Shown piece by piece: positions 30,135 through 42,200 of a stretch of DNA of 64,000 nucleotides. The stretch is taken from the NCBI GenBank assembly GCA_900319925.1, contig ONQE01000005.1, forward strand, positions 16,373 through 80,372, in the 5' to 3' direction. Origin of the DNA: an uncultured Bacteroidales bacterium (GTDB lineage: Bacteria > Bacteroidota > Bacteroidia > Bacteroidales > WCHB1-69). The translations under genes were made by a program, and so were the position numbers. Each line of letters opens with the position of its first letter. The stretch's first letter is position 1. Below the pieces are notes generated by a model, which was not told where the DNA came from, ran no database searches, and saw only the letters and a program-made list of their open reading frames with translations.

Positions 30135-30161
30135 AAGGGCTGTCCCCATCGAACAGCCCTT
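30135..30161 (-). terminator. candidate intrinsic terminator of the giant gene
   Basis: Hairpin aagggctgt-N9-acagccctt lies 55 nt downstream of the stop at 30216. On the minus strand it is followed by ttttaa. Confidence 0.45.
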
Positions 30162-30171
30162 CATTATCAAC

Positions 30172-30227
30172 TAGTAATTACCAATTACCAACTGCTAACT
30201 ACTAACTACTAACTGCTAACTCCTCAC
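30172..30227 (+). repeat. H2 heptamer array (TAACTAC/TAACTGC and degenerate units, about 8 units)
   Basis: Reads tagtaattaccaattaccaactgctaactactaactactaactgctaactcctcac. The TAG stop of the giant gene (30216-30218) is inside a unit. Confidence 0.9.
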
Positions 30228-33200
30228 CACCTTCTTCACCCCCAGCACATTTCCGTCGGCCACGGCCTTGACGAAATAGACGCCGCGGGCGTAGCGGGAG
30301 AGGTCGATCTGCACGGTCTCGTCAGGCTGAACCCTGACCACGTTCACCAACTTCCCATACGCATCCAACACATGAATCTCTACCGTCTCCACCTGTACAT
30401 TGTTCATTGTCCATTGTACATTGACCACGCCGGTCGTCGGGTTGGGATAGACGGTGAGGTTCTCAAACTCCTCCGCAAAGCCGTCCACGCCCATCGGGGT
30501 GCCGATCTCCACATCGTCCGTCATGCTGCCGTCGCCCGTTGCAGTACCGCTGCCGGTCCCCACTTCCTCAATCTTGTTCGGGACGATGGAGAGGGAGATG
30601 TCGTCGATGTAGTTGTAGGAGTAGGAGTATGAACCTGTTGTCACGTTGCGGAAGGCGATGCGGTGTCCGTTGCCGGTGTAGTTCGAGAAGTCAACCTCGA
30701 CATACTCCAAGCCTGTGGTGGCGTTGTCTATGGTGGCTACGGGCACGAACGCGCTGTCCCCTTCCCAAACGCCGACCTGCAGCTGGTACTTGGCATTCGA
30801 CTGCCGCAGATACATTTCCAGCTTCAGAGTGTTCAACTCGACGGAGGAAGCCAGAGCCGGCATTGCGTATATTCCCCGGTTGACCATTCTCAGGGAATAG
30901 TCGCCGCTGTGTGCGTATGCAGTGCCGTAGTAGAGCTGCGGCCTTTTTCCTGCCGTCATCGCCACGTCTTCCTGTACCAGTTCCCAGCACTTTGGCTCAA
31001 TGCCCGTGGCGGCCGCGGTGCTCTGCGTGTATCCGTCGAAGTTCTCCGTGTACGGCAGCGTGGCGATACTGTCACACCCTGCCGATATAGGTGCCTCGAT
31101 CAGTACGATATCGTCAAGGTAGTTGTAGGAGTAGGAGAGTGAATTATTGCTTGCGGTGTTTCTGAAGGCGATGCGGTGTCCGTTACCCATGTAGTTCGAG
31201 AAATAGACTTCCACATATTCGACGCCAGTTGTGGCGTTGTTGATTGTGGCTATGGGCACGAACGTGCTGTCCCCTTCCCAGACGCCGACCTGCAGCTGGT
31301 ACTTGGCATTCGACTGTTGCAGATACATTTCCAGTTTCAGGGTGTTTATCGCAATGGAGGAGGCCAAAGCCGGCATGGCGTAGATTCCCCGGTTGACCAT
31401 TCTCAGGGAATAGTTACCGCTGTGTGCGTTTGCAGTGCCGTAGTAGAGCTGCGGTCTTCTTCCCGCCGTCATGGCCACATCCTCTTGCACCAACTCCCAG
31501 CACTCAGGTTCGACACCGGTTGCTGCTGTTGTGCTCTCTGTGTATCCGTCGAAGTTCTCCGTGTACGGCAGCGATAAGATTTTACAATTGTTACTTATGG
31601 AGATGTCGTCGATGTAGTTGTAAGAGTAGGCGTATGTACTTGTCGTCACGTTGCGGAAGGCGATGCGGTGCCCGTTGCCGGTGTATTCAGAGAAGTCGAC
31701 CTCGACATATTCGACACCCGTGGTGGCGTTGTTGATTAGGGCGACTGGAGTGAACGTACTGTCCTCCTCCCATACTCCCACCTGCAGTTGATATTTGGCA
31801 TTAGTTTGCAGCAGATACATTTCCAGTTTCAGGGTGTTTATCGCAATGTGGGAAGCCAAGGCCGGCATAGCGTAGATCCCCCGGTTGACCATTCTCAGGG
31901 AATAGTTACCGCTGTGAGCGTATGCACTGCCGTAGTACAGTTGCGGCCTCCTCCCCGCCGTCATGGCCACATCCTCCTGCACCAACTCCCAGCATCTAGG
32001 TTCGATACCAGTCGCTGCTGTAGTACTCTCCGTATGCCCGTCGAAATTCTCCGTGTACGGCAGTGTGGCGATGCTGTCACACTCTGCCGATAAAGGTGCC
32101 TCGCTCAGTACGATATCGTCAATGTAGTTGTAGGAGTAGGAGTATGTACTTGTTGTCACGTTGCGGAAGGCGATGCGGTGTCCGTTTCCGGTGTAGTTCG
32201 AGAAATGGACCTCCACATATTCGATGTCCGTCGAGGCGTTGTTTATGGTGGCTACGGGCACGAACGTGCTGTCCCCTTCCCAGACGCCGACCTGCAGTTG
32301 GTACTTGGCATTCGACTGCCGCAGATACATTTCCAGTTTCATGGTGTTCAACTCAATGGAGGGGTCCAGGGCGGGCATGGCGTATATTCCCCGGTTGACC
32401 ATCCTCAGGGAATAGTTACCGCTGTGTGCGTATGCACTGCCGTAGTACAGCTGCGGCCTTTTTCCTGCCGTCATCGCCACATCCTCATGCACCAGCTCCC
32501 AGCAATCCGGCTCCACTCCCGTGGCTGCCGTCGTGCTCCCCGTGTACCCCTCGAAATCCTCGAAATACGGCAGCTCCGCAATCGGCACGCACGGCGCCGC
32601 CGGGACGGTCACCGTCAGGTTCTGGATGATGGCAGGGGGCTGGATGCCAGAACTGTTATCGTTCTTCCAGGCAAACACTAATTGGGCGGTGGAACTCGAA
32701 GTCGGGTTGGCGTTCGGGTTCGGCATCTTCGCCACCACATGGATGGTGCTGTCGAGCAGGTTCAAGATGTAGTGGTAGTTGGATCTCGTACCGTAGCCGT
32801 TGGCGTAGAAGTCGTAAGCGTAGGTGGAGTCGTTGTTATTTCCGTAATAAGGTCCGCTGGGCACCGAGGTGTAAGCCGGGTACTGCTCGATGGCGGGCGA
32901 CAAGAACATCTTCAGGTAGTCGTAGGAAGACTCGCCCTTCACCTGCACGTCGAAGGTGATGGTGATGGTGTCGGCAGTGCCCACCGTGAACAACTTCTGG
33001 GCGGAAACCACTGTGGTTTTGTTGGTGACGTAGCCTGGCGTAGTGCCGTCGTTGGTCACGAACAGGGCTCCCTCACCGCCAACCGTTCCCCTCGTCCAGT
33101 AGTTGGCGCAGTCGCCGTTGTTCAACACCCAACTGTCGGTGACATCGGTGAAGTCGGCAGTGTAGGGCAGCGCCACGGGAACCATAGTGGTGGCAGCCTC

Positions 33201-36200
33201 CACGCCTTCGCTCCATGAGCTGACATCGACGCTGCTGCAAGTGGCGCGGACGTAGAACTCGTATTCGGTAGCACTATTCAGTCCGGTAACCGTGAACGGG
33301 TTGGTATTTGCGGTTACCACGGTGGCACCAGTGCTGTCGGGATTGAATCCCGGTGCACCGTAGGCAATCTCCCACGTAGAGGCCGAACCGTTCTCTCTCC
33401 ACCCCAACTCGATGCTGTTCGAGGTCGCGTCCGAAACTGCCAGATGATGCGGTCTCGGGCAGGTCGGCATCAGGTCAATGGTCAAACTGTCAATATACGC
33501 CGCCGCATTCGCAGTGGTATATTCGTTTTTGAAGGCGATGTAGTGACCTCCTCCCGTGTAACCGTTGAAGAATACCTCTTTCTCCACCCAAGTGGAGGCG
33601 GGGGTTGCCGGATAGACGGTATCGACCGCCACAAAAGAGGCGGTGTCGGTCGGACTGGTCATCACACCCACAATCAACCGATCGGTGGAGTTGCTGGCTT
33701 TGTACATGAATGTGGCCCATAGCGTGTTTACGGGGATGGCAGCATCAAACTCCGGCGTGATGGCAATGTTATACTTACCGCTACCTGTTGCGTAGAAGTA
33801 GAGGGAACCCACACCGTTGTAGCGAGTGCTGGTGATATAGGGATAACGGTAAGAGGAGGAGGTGTAGGTATTGATTCTATCCCAACACAATGGATAAATA
33901 GCGTCGCCCGTGCCGTAGGAGTCGAAGTTATCAACGTATGGGAGCGCATCAATGGCTGAGCAGGAAGTGGCCGCGGAATATACGAGGGACGTTACGCTGC
34001 TGTCACCAGTGCCGCAGACGGCTGTGATGTAGAAGTCATATCCCGTGGAGTGGCTCAACCCGGTGACGGTGAACGGATTGGTCGTTGCCGTCACTTTAGT
34101 GCCAGTGCCAGGTGTAAAACCGGAAGGCCCGTACTCAATCACCCAGGAGGCGGGTGTGCCGTCCTGATACCAGGAAAGTTCAATACTGTTCGTGGTCGCA
34201 TTCGTGGAAGTCACATGCACTGGTCTCGCACAGTCCGGAATCAGGTTGATGTTCAAGCTGTCAATATACGCGTATGCATAATCGGTGGTATATTCATTTT
34301 TGAAGGCGATGTAATGACCTCCACCAGTATAGCCGCTAAAGTGGATCTCTTTCTCCACCCAGGTGGATGCGGGGTTTGCCGGATAGACGGTATCGACCGC
34401 CACGAAAGAAGCGGCATCGTTCGGATCGGTCATCACACCCACAATCAACTGGTCTGTGGGATTGTTTGCACTGTACATAAAGGAGGCCTTCAGCGTGTTG
34501 ATGGGGATGGCGGCATCAAACTCTGGCGTGATGGCGATGTTGTAGGTGCTGGTGTCACCTGCGTAGAAGTAGAGGGAACCCACACCGTTGTAGCGGGTGC
34601 TGGTGATGTAGGGATTGGTGGAGCTTCCGCTGGAGTAGGTGTTAATCCTATTCCAACAACGAATATACTTATTGCTACCTGTGCCGTAGGTGTCAAAGTT
34701 CTCAGCGAAAGGCAGATCGTTCAGCGGGCCGCACTCCGTAAGGTGACAGAGAGTAGTCCAGTTGCTGTATTCACCACCGCCGCAAACACTTCTCAGACGG
34801 ATGTTGTACAGCGTGTTGGACTGCAGGTTGTTGATCGTGTAAGGAGCGTTGGAAACCGTGCCCTGGGAAACCCAGTTGGTGTCCGTGGCGCTGTTGTATT
34901 CCATTTCCCATGTGGACTCCGTGTTGCCGGGAACCCAGTTCACCGTGATGCTGTTCTCCGTTGCACCAGAGACATAAACGTTGGGAGCGATACAGGTGAC
35001 GGTGTAGTCGCACGGCATGGAAATCTTGATGTTGGTACGGGTGGAGGTGACAGAGCTGCTTGCGCTGGTGCCGCCAGGGTTGGTCGGATCCATGTTGTAG
35101 CTGTCGGAATAGTAGTACAGGCTACGTTTCGCGCCAGCGTCATGTGCGTAGAAGGTGTAGGAGTTGCCATCGTAGCCACCGGAGTTGTCGTCGATGGCGA
35201 TGACCAAGTTGTCGGTGCCGTTGTACTGGAAGGGGGTCGTGAAGTAGAACGTGTTCCAACCTTGGTGGCAGTTCATGGGACCCGTATAGACCAACTGCAG
35301 ATTGGCGGGATTCACCGTGTCTGAAGAGCTGGAGAAAGAAGACTTGTTCGTGTGACCGAGGTAGATGCTTACGTTGCCCTTTTGGGAAGAGGGTGAGGAG
35401 TAGGAGTATTCGAAGGCGATGTTGCTGATGGTGGCAACGCCGATCAACTCGGAGGCGAGGAAGATCTGTTGCGTGTAGCTATATTTGAAGTAATTGTTCA
35501 GCGGGATTTTGTAGGTAGTTTCGGTGCCGTTGCCGATCTGTATGTTGTCGCTGTACAGACAAGAGGTTGTGAACGTCTGGGTCACGACAGGGGCATTGCC
35601 CTCATTGCATTCGGAAGCCACTGACACAGTGTAAGCCGTCTCAGGCGTGAGGCCTGAGAGCATGTAGCAGTCGCCGGTAACCGTCTGGGAAATCCAATTG
35701 TTCGTCCCGCTTTTCGAGTAGGATACCGTGTAGCCCGTGGCTCCGAAGATGGCGGGAGTCCAAGAGACTAAGGCGGAGGTGCCGGTAACCTGACTGACCA
35801 GCACATCCGTGGGAGACGTACACAACGGGAAGGTGGTGAAAGTGCATTTCTTACTCCAGAAACTGAAATCAGCGCCCGTGCCGCAATCCGCGCGCACATA
35901 CACGTCGTAGGAAGTGCTGTCGCTCAAATTGGTGAGCGTGTAAGGATGGGTGCTGACAAGCACTGGCGAGCCGGTAGTGACACTCGCACCTGCGGGTACG
36001 ACAACCACCTCCCAGGCGGTCTCATCGCCGCCAAGCTGCCAATTGATGTCCGCACTCGTGGCCATGATGTTGCTGGCAATGACGTTCGTGGGCTTGGAGC
36101 AAAGCGGAGCCACATCCACGAAGATGTTATCGACATAGCCGCGGTTGTAGCCGGAAGTCGGTTGCGGGGCTTTGATGGCGATGTACTCGCCGGCGCCCGT

Positions 36201-39200
36201 GTAACTGGTCAACGGCACATCGAAGGTGTTGTAGGTGGTAGAGGAAACCGTGACGGTCTGCACGGCGGTGAACGTCGAGATGTCCGTCGGGTCGCTCATG
36301 ACACCGACCACCAACGTGAATGGGTAGCTGGAGTCGTTCTGACGGGCGTCGAAGGTGAGCTGCAACGTGTTCGTCGGGAAGGTGTTCGCGTCAATAGCCG
36401 GCAGGATGGCGGTCTGGTCGCTGTAGGAGACGGAGGGGGTGTAGGTGTAGAAACGCATGGCGTTGTTGCCGGAAGCCGCATACGTGGCGCTGGCGTAGAT
36501 GATCGGATACCCGGAGCAGGAGGTGCCGGTGCCGGTGTTGTAGTTGGACCAGCAGTACGGTAAGTTGTTGGCGGCCACCGAAGTGGAGGTGGCGCCTGCG
36601 TGCGCATCGAAGTTCTCTAGGAACGGCAGTTCGGTTATTTTGCCGCACGCGGTGGTAACCGTATAGACGTTGGACCAACGGCTGTAGTCGCCGCTGCCGC
36701 AGTCACTTCTGACATAAATGTCGTAGGTGGTCAACGGGGTTAGGTTAGCCAATGTATAGGGATTGGACGTGGCAGTCACCGTATTGCTGTTAGCATCGCC
36801 AGGAGTGAAACCGGCGGGGCCATACGCCACCTCCCATGAGGTGGCTGAACCCATTTCGTCCCAGGCTAGATCCATGCTGGTGCCGGTAGCGTTTTCCGCG
36901 TTTAGGTTCTGAGGTTTCGGACAGACCTCGATGCAGCTCGTAGTGAATGTGAAGAGCGTACCTGCGGCAGGAATAGAGTCGCTATAAAGGATGTCTCCGA
37001 AAGGATTGCTCATAGTGAAAGAAACTTCATTGTCATAGCTTGCGCTATGCCATTCCAATTCAGCGGGGATATTGTTGCACAAGCTGACAGTTTTCGTGGC
37101 TTTGAATCCGCTGGACATAGTTACCTTGGCCATTGTGATACCATTTTGTTTGACAAGAAGGTAACCACCGTTCCAGCCGTCACCGTATGCGTCGTTAAGT
37201 GCGAAGGTGTACTCGCACTGGTCAGAACTGTCGCAGATCTGTGTGTGGGCTTGAGTGGAAATCCACAGGGAATGATCGCCACCGCAGTCACTTCTGACAT
37301 AAATGTCGTAGAGGGTTCCCGGGGTTAGGTTAGCCAATGTATAAGGGGTGGATGTGGCAGTCACCGTATTGCTGTTAGCATCGCCAGGAGTGAAACCAGC
37401 GGGGCCATATTCAATCTCCCAAGCGGTGGCGCCGCTCGTCTCTATCCAAGCGAGGTCAATACTGGTTTCGGTGGGGTTGGAAGCTATCACAATCGTCGGT
37501 TTGGCGCAGGTCGTTACTTCAAGGTTGTCAATAAATCCGGTATTGTAGCCAGAGGCGGGCTTTTTCGCCATCAAGGCGATATAGCTGCCCGAGCCTGTAT
37601 AGCTGCTCAACGGAACGGTGTAGGTGGCGTAGGTTGTAGCTGCCGGAACGATACTGTCCACGATTTCGAAGGTTGTTCTGTCCGTAGGATCCGTCATCAC
37701 ACCCACCATTAATTTGAAAATATAATCGGGATATTCGGCGTACATGCAGGCATCAAGAGAGAGTTGGAGGGTGTTTATCGGATAGCTGTTGTTGTTAATT
37801 TGAGGCAATACGGCAATCTGGTCGTCGTAGGATGTATTGGCGGAAGTGTGGAAACGCAAAGAGTTACTGCTGGATGCAGCGTAAGTGTTGCTATTGTATA
37901 TGATCGGCAGGCCTTCGTAAATATCGCCCGAGTTGATGCGGCTCCAGCAGTAGGGCAGGTTGGCTATAACATAGGCGGTGTTGGCATCGTAAGCATCGAA
38001 ATTCTCCGCATACGGCATGCTAAGGTAACCACATATAGTTGAAGCACTGAACCGGTTGGTGTATTGGCTGAAGTCACCATTGCCGCAATTCGCCCTTACA
38101 TAGAAGTCATAGCCCGTGGACGGGGTCAGGCCGGTGGCCGAGTAAGAGTTGCTGTTAACGGTAACCGTCGTGCCATGGCCTTGTGTGAAGCCGATTGGCC
38201 CGTATTCAATATTCCAGGATGTGGCGGTGCCCATCTCCGTCCAGGAGATCGTAATGCTGTTCGGGGTAATGTTGGAAGCGTTCACATCTGTCGGAATGAT
38301 ACAGGAAGGCAGAAGGTCAAGCACGAGATTATCTATGTTGCCGGTATTATCACCGGTCGTAGGTTTGGGGGCCATAATGGCGATATAACTGCCGGAACCG
38401 GTGTAGTGGCTGAAGGGGATATCGTAGTGCTTGTAGGCGCTGAGTGTGGTAGTAAGGGTGTCCACTGGCACGAACGTGGTCTTGTCTGTCGGAGCAGTCA
38501 TAACACCCACTATGATGGTAAGCTGATTACTGCTGTTCCTTGCATCGAAGGAAAGCTGCAGAGTGTTTATGGGAAGTGTCGTGATATCTATTTGTGGCAG
38601 AATAGCTATCTGATCATCGTAATTTTCGGAGACATCAAACTGTAAGGAGTTACTGCCGGAGAGCGCAGACGAAGAGGAGGAGTAGATGATGGGATAGCCG
38701 GAATAGCTCGAGATATCGCTTGTGGTGATGTTGTTCCAGCAGTGTGGCAGGTTAGAGAACGCTAACCCCCAAGTGGAACTGCCAGGGTACTGGTCGAAGT
38801 TTTCTGTAAACGGCAGGTTGCTGATGGGGAGACACTCGGTACCAGCGGTACAGACCGTCGAGAACATGCTCACATCTCCACCGCCGCAGTTCGCCCGAAC
38901 GTAGAAGTCATAGCCTGTGGAATGGGTCAGACCGGTGATCGTGTAGGGGTTGCTCGTTACACCCGTCAACATTGTGCCGCTACCCTGTGCAAAGCCTTTC
39001 GGCCCGTATTCGATATCCCAAGCACTGGCGTTGCCCATTTCTGTCCAAGCCAGATCAATGCTGGTCTCTGTGGAGCTGGAGGCGGTCACATATTTCGGCT
39101 TGGGACAGGTCCAGACATCCACCACGATGTTGTCGATATAACCGGCATTGTAGCTGGAGTTGGAGGTCGGACGCGGCGCCATGACGGCGATGAAACCCTC

Positions 39201-42200
39201 CGGACCGGTATATTGGCTGAAGGGGAACTTGTAGTTGGTGTAGGTGTCGGAAGTGGTCATAATGGTATCTATCGGCACAAATGTGGTCTTGTCAGACGGG
39301 TTGGCGATGACACCCACCACCACGGTGAACTTGTAAGAATTGTGGCTTTTCGCATCGAAGGAGAGTTGCAGGTTGTTGACAGGATAGAGCGTCGGGTCTA
39401 TCTGCGGCAGGATGGCCATCTGGTTGTCAAAGTTATTAGAGTTATAGAGGTAGAATCGCAAGGCATTGCTGCCGGAAGCGGCGTAGCTGGCGTCGGCGTA
39501 GATGATGGGGTAGCCGGTGTAGCTCGTGCTGGTGCCTGTGTTGAGATAGCTCCAGCAATAGGGCAGGTTGTTGGTGGCCACTGAAGTGATGGTGGCGCCT
39601 GCGTGCGCATCGAAGTTCTCCGTGAACGGCAGTATGGTGACGGGATAGCATGGGGTCATGAAAGTGTAGGGTGCACTCCAAATACTATGTTCCTCATCAC
39701 CACAGTTGGTTCGCACCGCAACGGTGTAGCTTGTGTTTGGCGTCAGATTCGTGACGGTGTTGGACAAACTATGGGTGGTGTGATATTGGGTGGTGTCCGT
39801 CATGTTAAAGTTCACAGTCTCTGCCAAAACGTAAGTGAACTCCGTGGCCTCACCCGAATGGGTGAATTGCACCGTCGCACTGCTTGGGGTGATATTCTGT
39901 ACTGCGAGGTTGCGGGGACTCGAGCAGGTCGTACGTCTGATGCTAAAGTTGTCAACAGCGGCGGGCGGGTTCGTCCCCACCGAGTTATCGTTCCACCAGG
40001 CAAACACCACGTTGTAGTTTCCATCCTCTGGCACTGTAATATTGTCTACCTCAATGGTCGTCCACTCTTGTATCTGATTGAGCTTCGTACCGCCGTCAAG
40101 GGCAATCCAGCTGGTGGGTAACGTGTTCACATCAAACGGACTCGATGTGCCGGCTTCCAGGGTCTCGGAGGTGGGTACTAAAGCCACGCGCATATAGTCG
40201 TAGGCGCTCTCGCCTTCAGCTTTCCAATCGTAACGGACAGCGTACTCACCTGCTGACAAAGAGAACGGTTTGGCGGCATAGACCATGGATGGCGCAGTAG
40301 TGGTATAGGCGTTGGTCGTGCCTCCGTCGTTGGAGATGTAGAGGGCTTTGCTGCCGCCGTTATTCGTGGCACTGTCCCACACCCAGGCGTTGGTGTTCGT
40401 GCCGTTGATCAGCTGCCAGCATTGGTCGCTCTCGAAGTCATCGGTGAACGGTAGGGTGGTGACGGGATCGCACTCCGTAGCCTCGGTCACGCACATCGTG
40501 AAACGGGTATTATTCCGTTTGCTCGTACCATAACCGGTTTCAAGTGACTCGGCACCAGAATAGTATATGGTCTTGTCCCCGTCACAGGCAGAATAATCAA
40601 AATAGACTGATTGGGATAACGCCAGTGTGGGACGATAGACCATGATGAGGAGATTGGCGGTGGCATCATACTCGAACGGTGTGGTGAATGCTATATCGGT
40701 CCACTCTCCGGCAGCGAAATCCATGGTGCCGTCATACACCTTGGTCATCGTGGCACGACTCACCGTGTCAGCGGCATCGGCGAACGCGTCCTTGGAGGTG
40801 TTGGCCATATAGATTTGGAATGGGATGGAGGCATTCTGTGACGATTTCCACGCTATTCCCTTGATGGCGCCGGCGAACTCTGAACCATCTAATATCTCGT
40901 CGGCCGTGAAAATCTGCCAAGAAGCGCCTTGATTGCCGGAGCTTGAGGCCAAACTGTAAAAAGGATAAGAGGCGTTTTGGGACGTGTGCGTACCTATTGC
41001 AAACTGGCGTGAGGCCCGGCTTCCGCAGTCGAGGGCTGTGGTGAACGAGACCGGCTCCGACCAGTGGTTTGTCGTGCTATTATCCGGGCAAGAGGACTTC
41101 ACTGCGACGGTGTACCTCGTGAAAGGTTCCAGTCCGGCCAACGTCGTGCTGGTGCTCGTCAACGTATGCCACTGACTCGAGTTCGTGACATCGAAATCAT
41201 TCGCTTTAGCCAAGGCGTAGGTGAAGGAGCTTTGACCATACGTGGAGAACTGCAACGCCGCCGTTGTGGACGTGATGTCGCTGACAGTCAGATTGTAGGG
41301 GGAGGGGCAGGCCGCTTTGGTAACGTTGAAATTGTCTATGGCAGCGGGCGGATTGGAGCCGCCACTGCCGTCGTTGCGCCACACGAACACCACGGTATAA
41401 ATTCCGGCTTCCGTTATGTTCACATTCAAGGGTTGCTGCTCTGTCCAGATGCCGGAGCCATTCAGCTTTTTGCCGCCGTCAAGGGCAATCCAGCCATCGG
41501 GCAGGGAGGTTCCGGAAAGACCGGAAGGCGGGTAGGTGCTGGCGGTAAGCTCCTGGAGGCCAGGCACCAAAGCCACGCGCAGATAGTCGCAGCAACTTTC
41601 ACCCGTACACATCCAATCGTAGCTGAAGTCATATTGTCCCGCTTCGAGCGAGAATAGCTTGGAGGCATACACCACGGAGTTGTAGCTGTTGGTATTATAG
41701 GCATTGGTGGTGCCGCCGTCGTTGGAGATATAGAGGGCCTTGCTGCCGCCGTGGTTCACGGCCTCACCCCTTGCCCAGGCGTTGGGGCGGTCGCCGTTAA
41801 TCAGCTGCCAGCACAGGTCGCTCTCGAAGTCATCCGTGAAGGAGTGTGTGGCATCCACCACCACGGGGGCACAGTGAGCGTTGACTTCAAGGTTATCAAC
41901 AAATCCGTAGTTGTTACCGGAAACGGGCTTCGGAGCCATCAAGGCAATATAGCTGCCCGTACCATCGTAGTTGCTGAACGAAACGTTGTAGGTGGCGTAG
42001 GTGTTGGACGCCGGAACAATACTATCCACAACGACAAAGGTCGTTCGGTCTGTCGGATTCGTCATTACACCCACCATTAGTTTGAAAGTATAATTGGAGT
42101 TGTTAGTGTATGCGCTGCTGGCATCGAAGAAGAGCTGCAACGTGTTCATCGGGTACGAAGAGACATCAATCTGCGGCAGCACGACATACTGGTCATCGCA

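Noticed and set aside
29622-30170. Three overlapping ORFs of 100-108 aa (29622..29924 plus strand; 29767..30093 and 29853..30170 minus strand)
   Set aside because: They overlap each other and are built largely from the repeat and inverted-repeat sequence. They have Cys/Arg-rich, implausible composition and no start context. I treat the region as non-coding.
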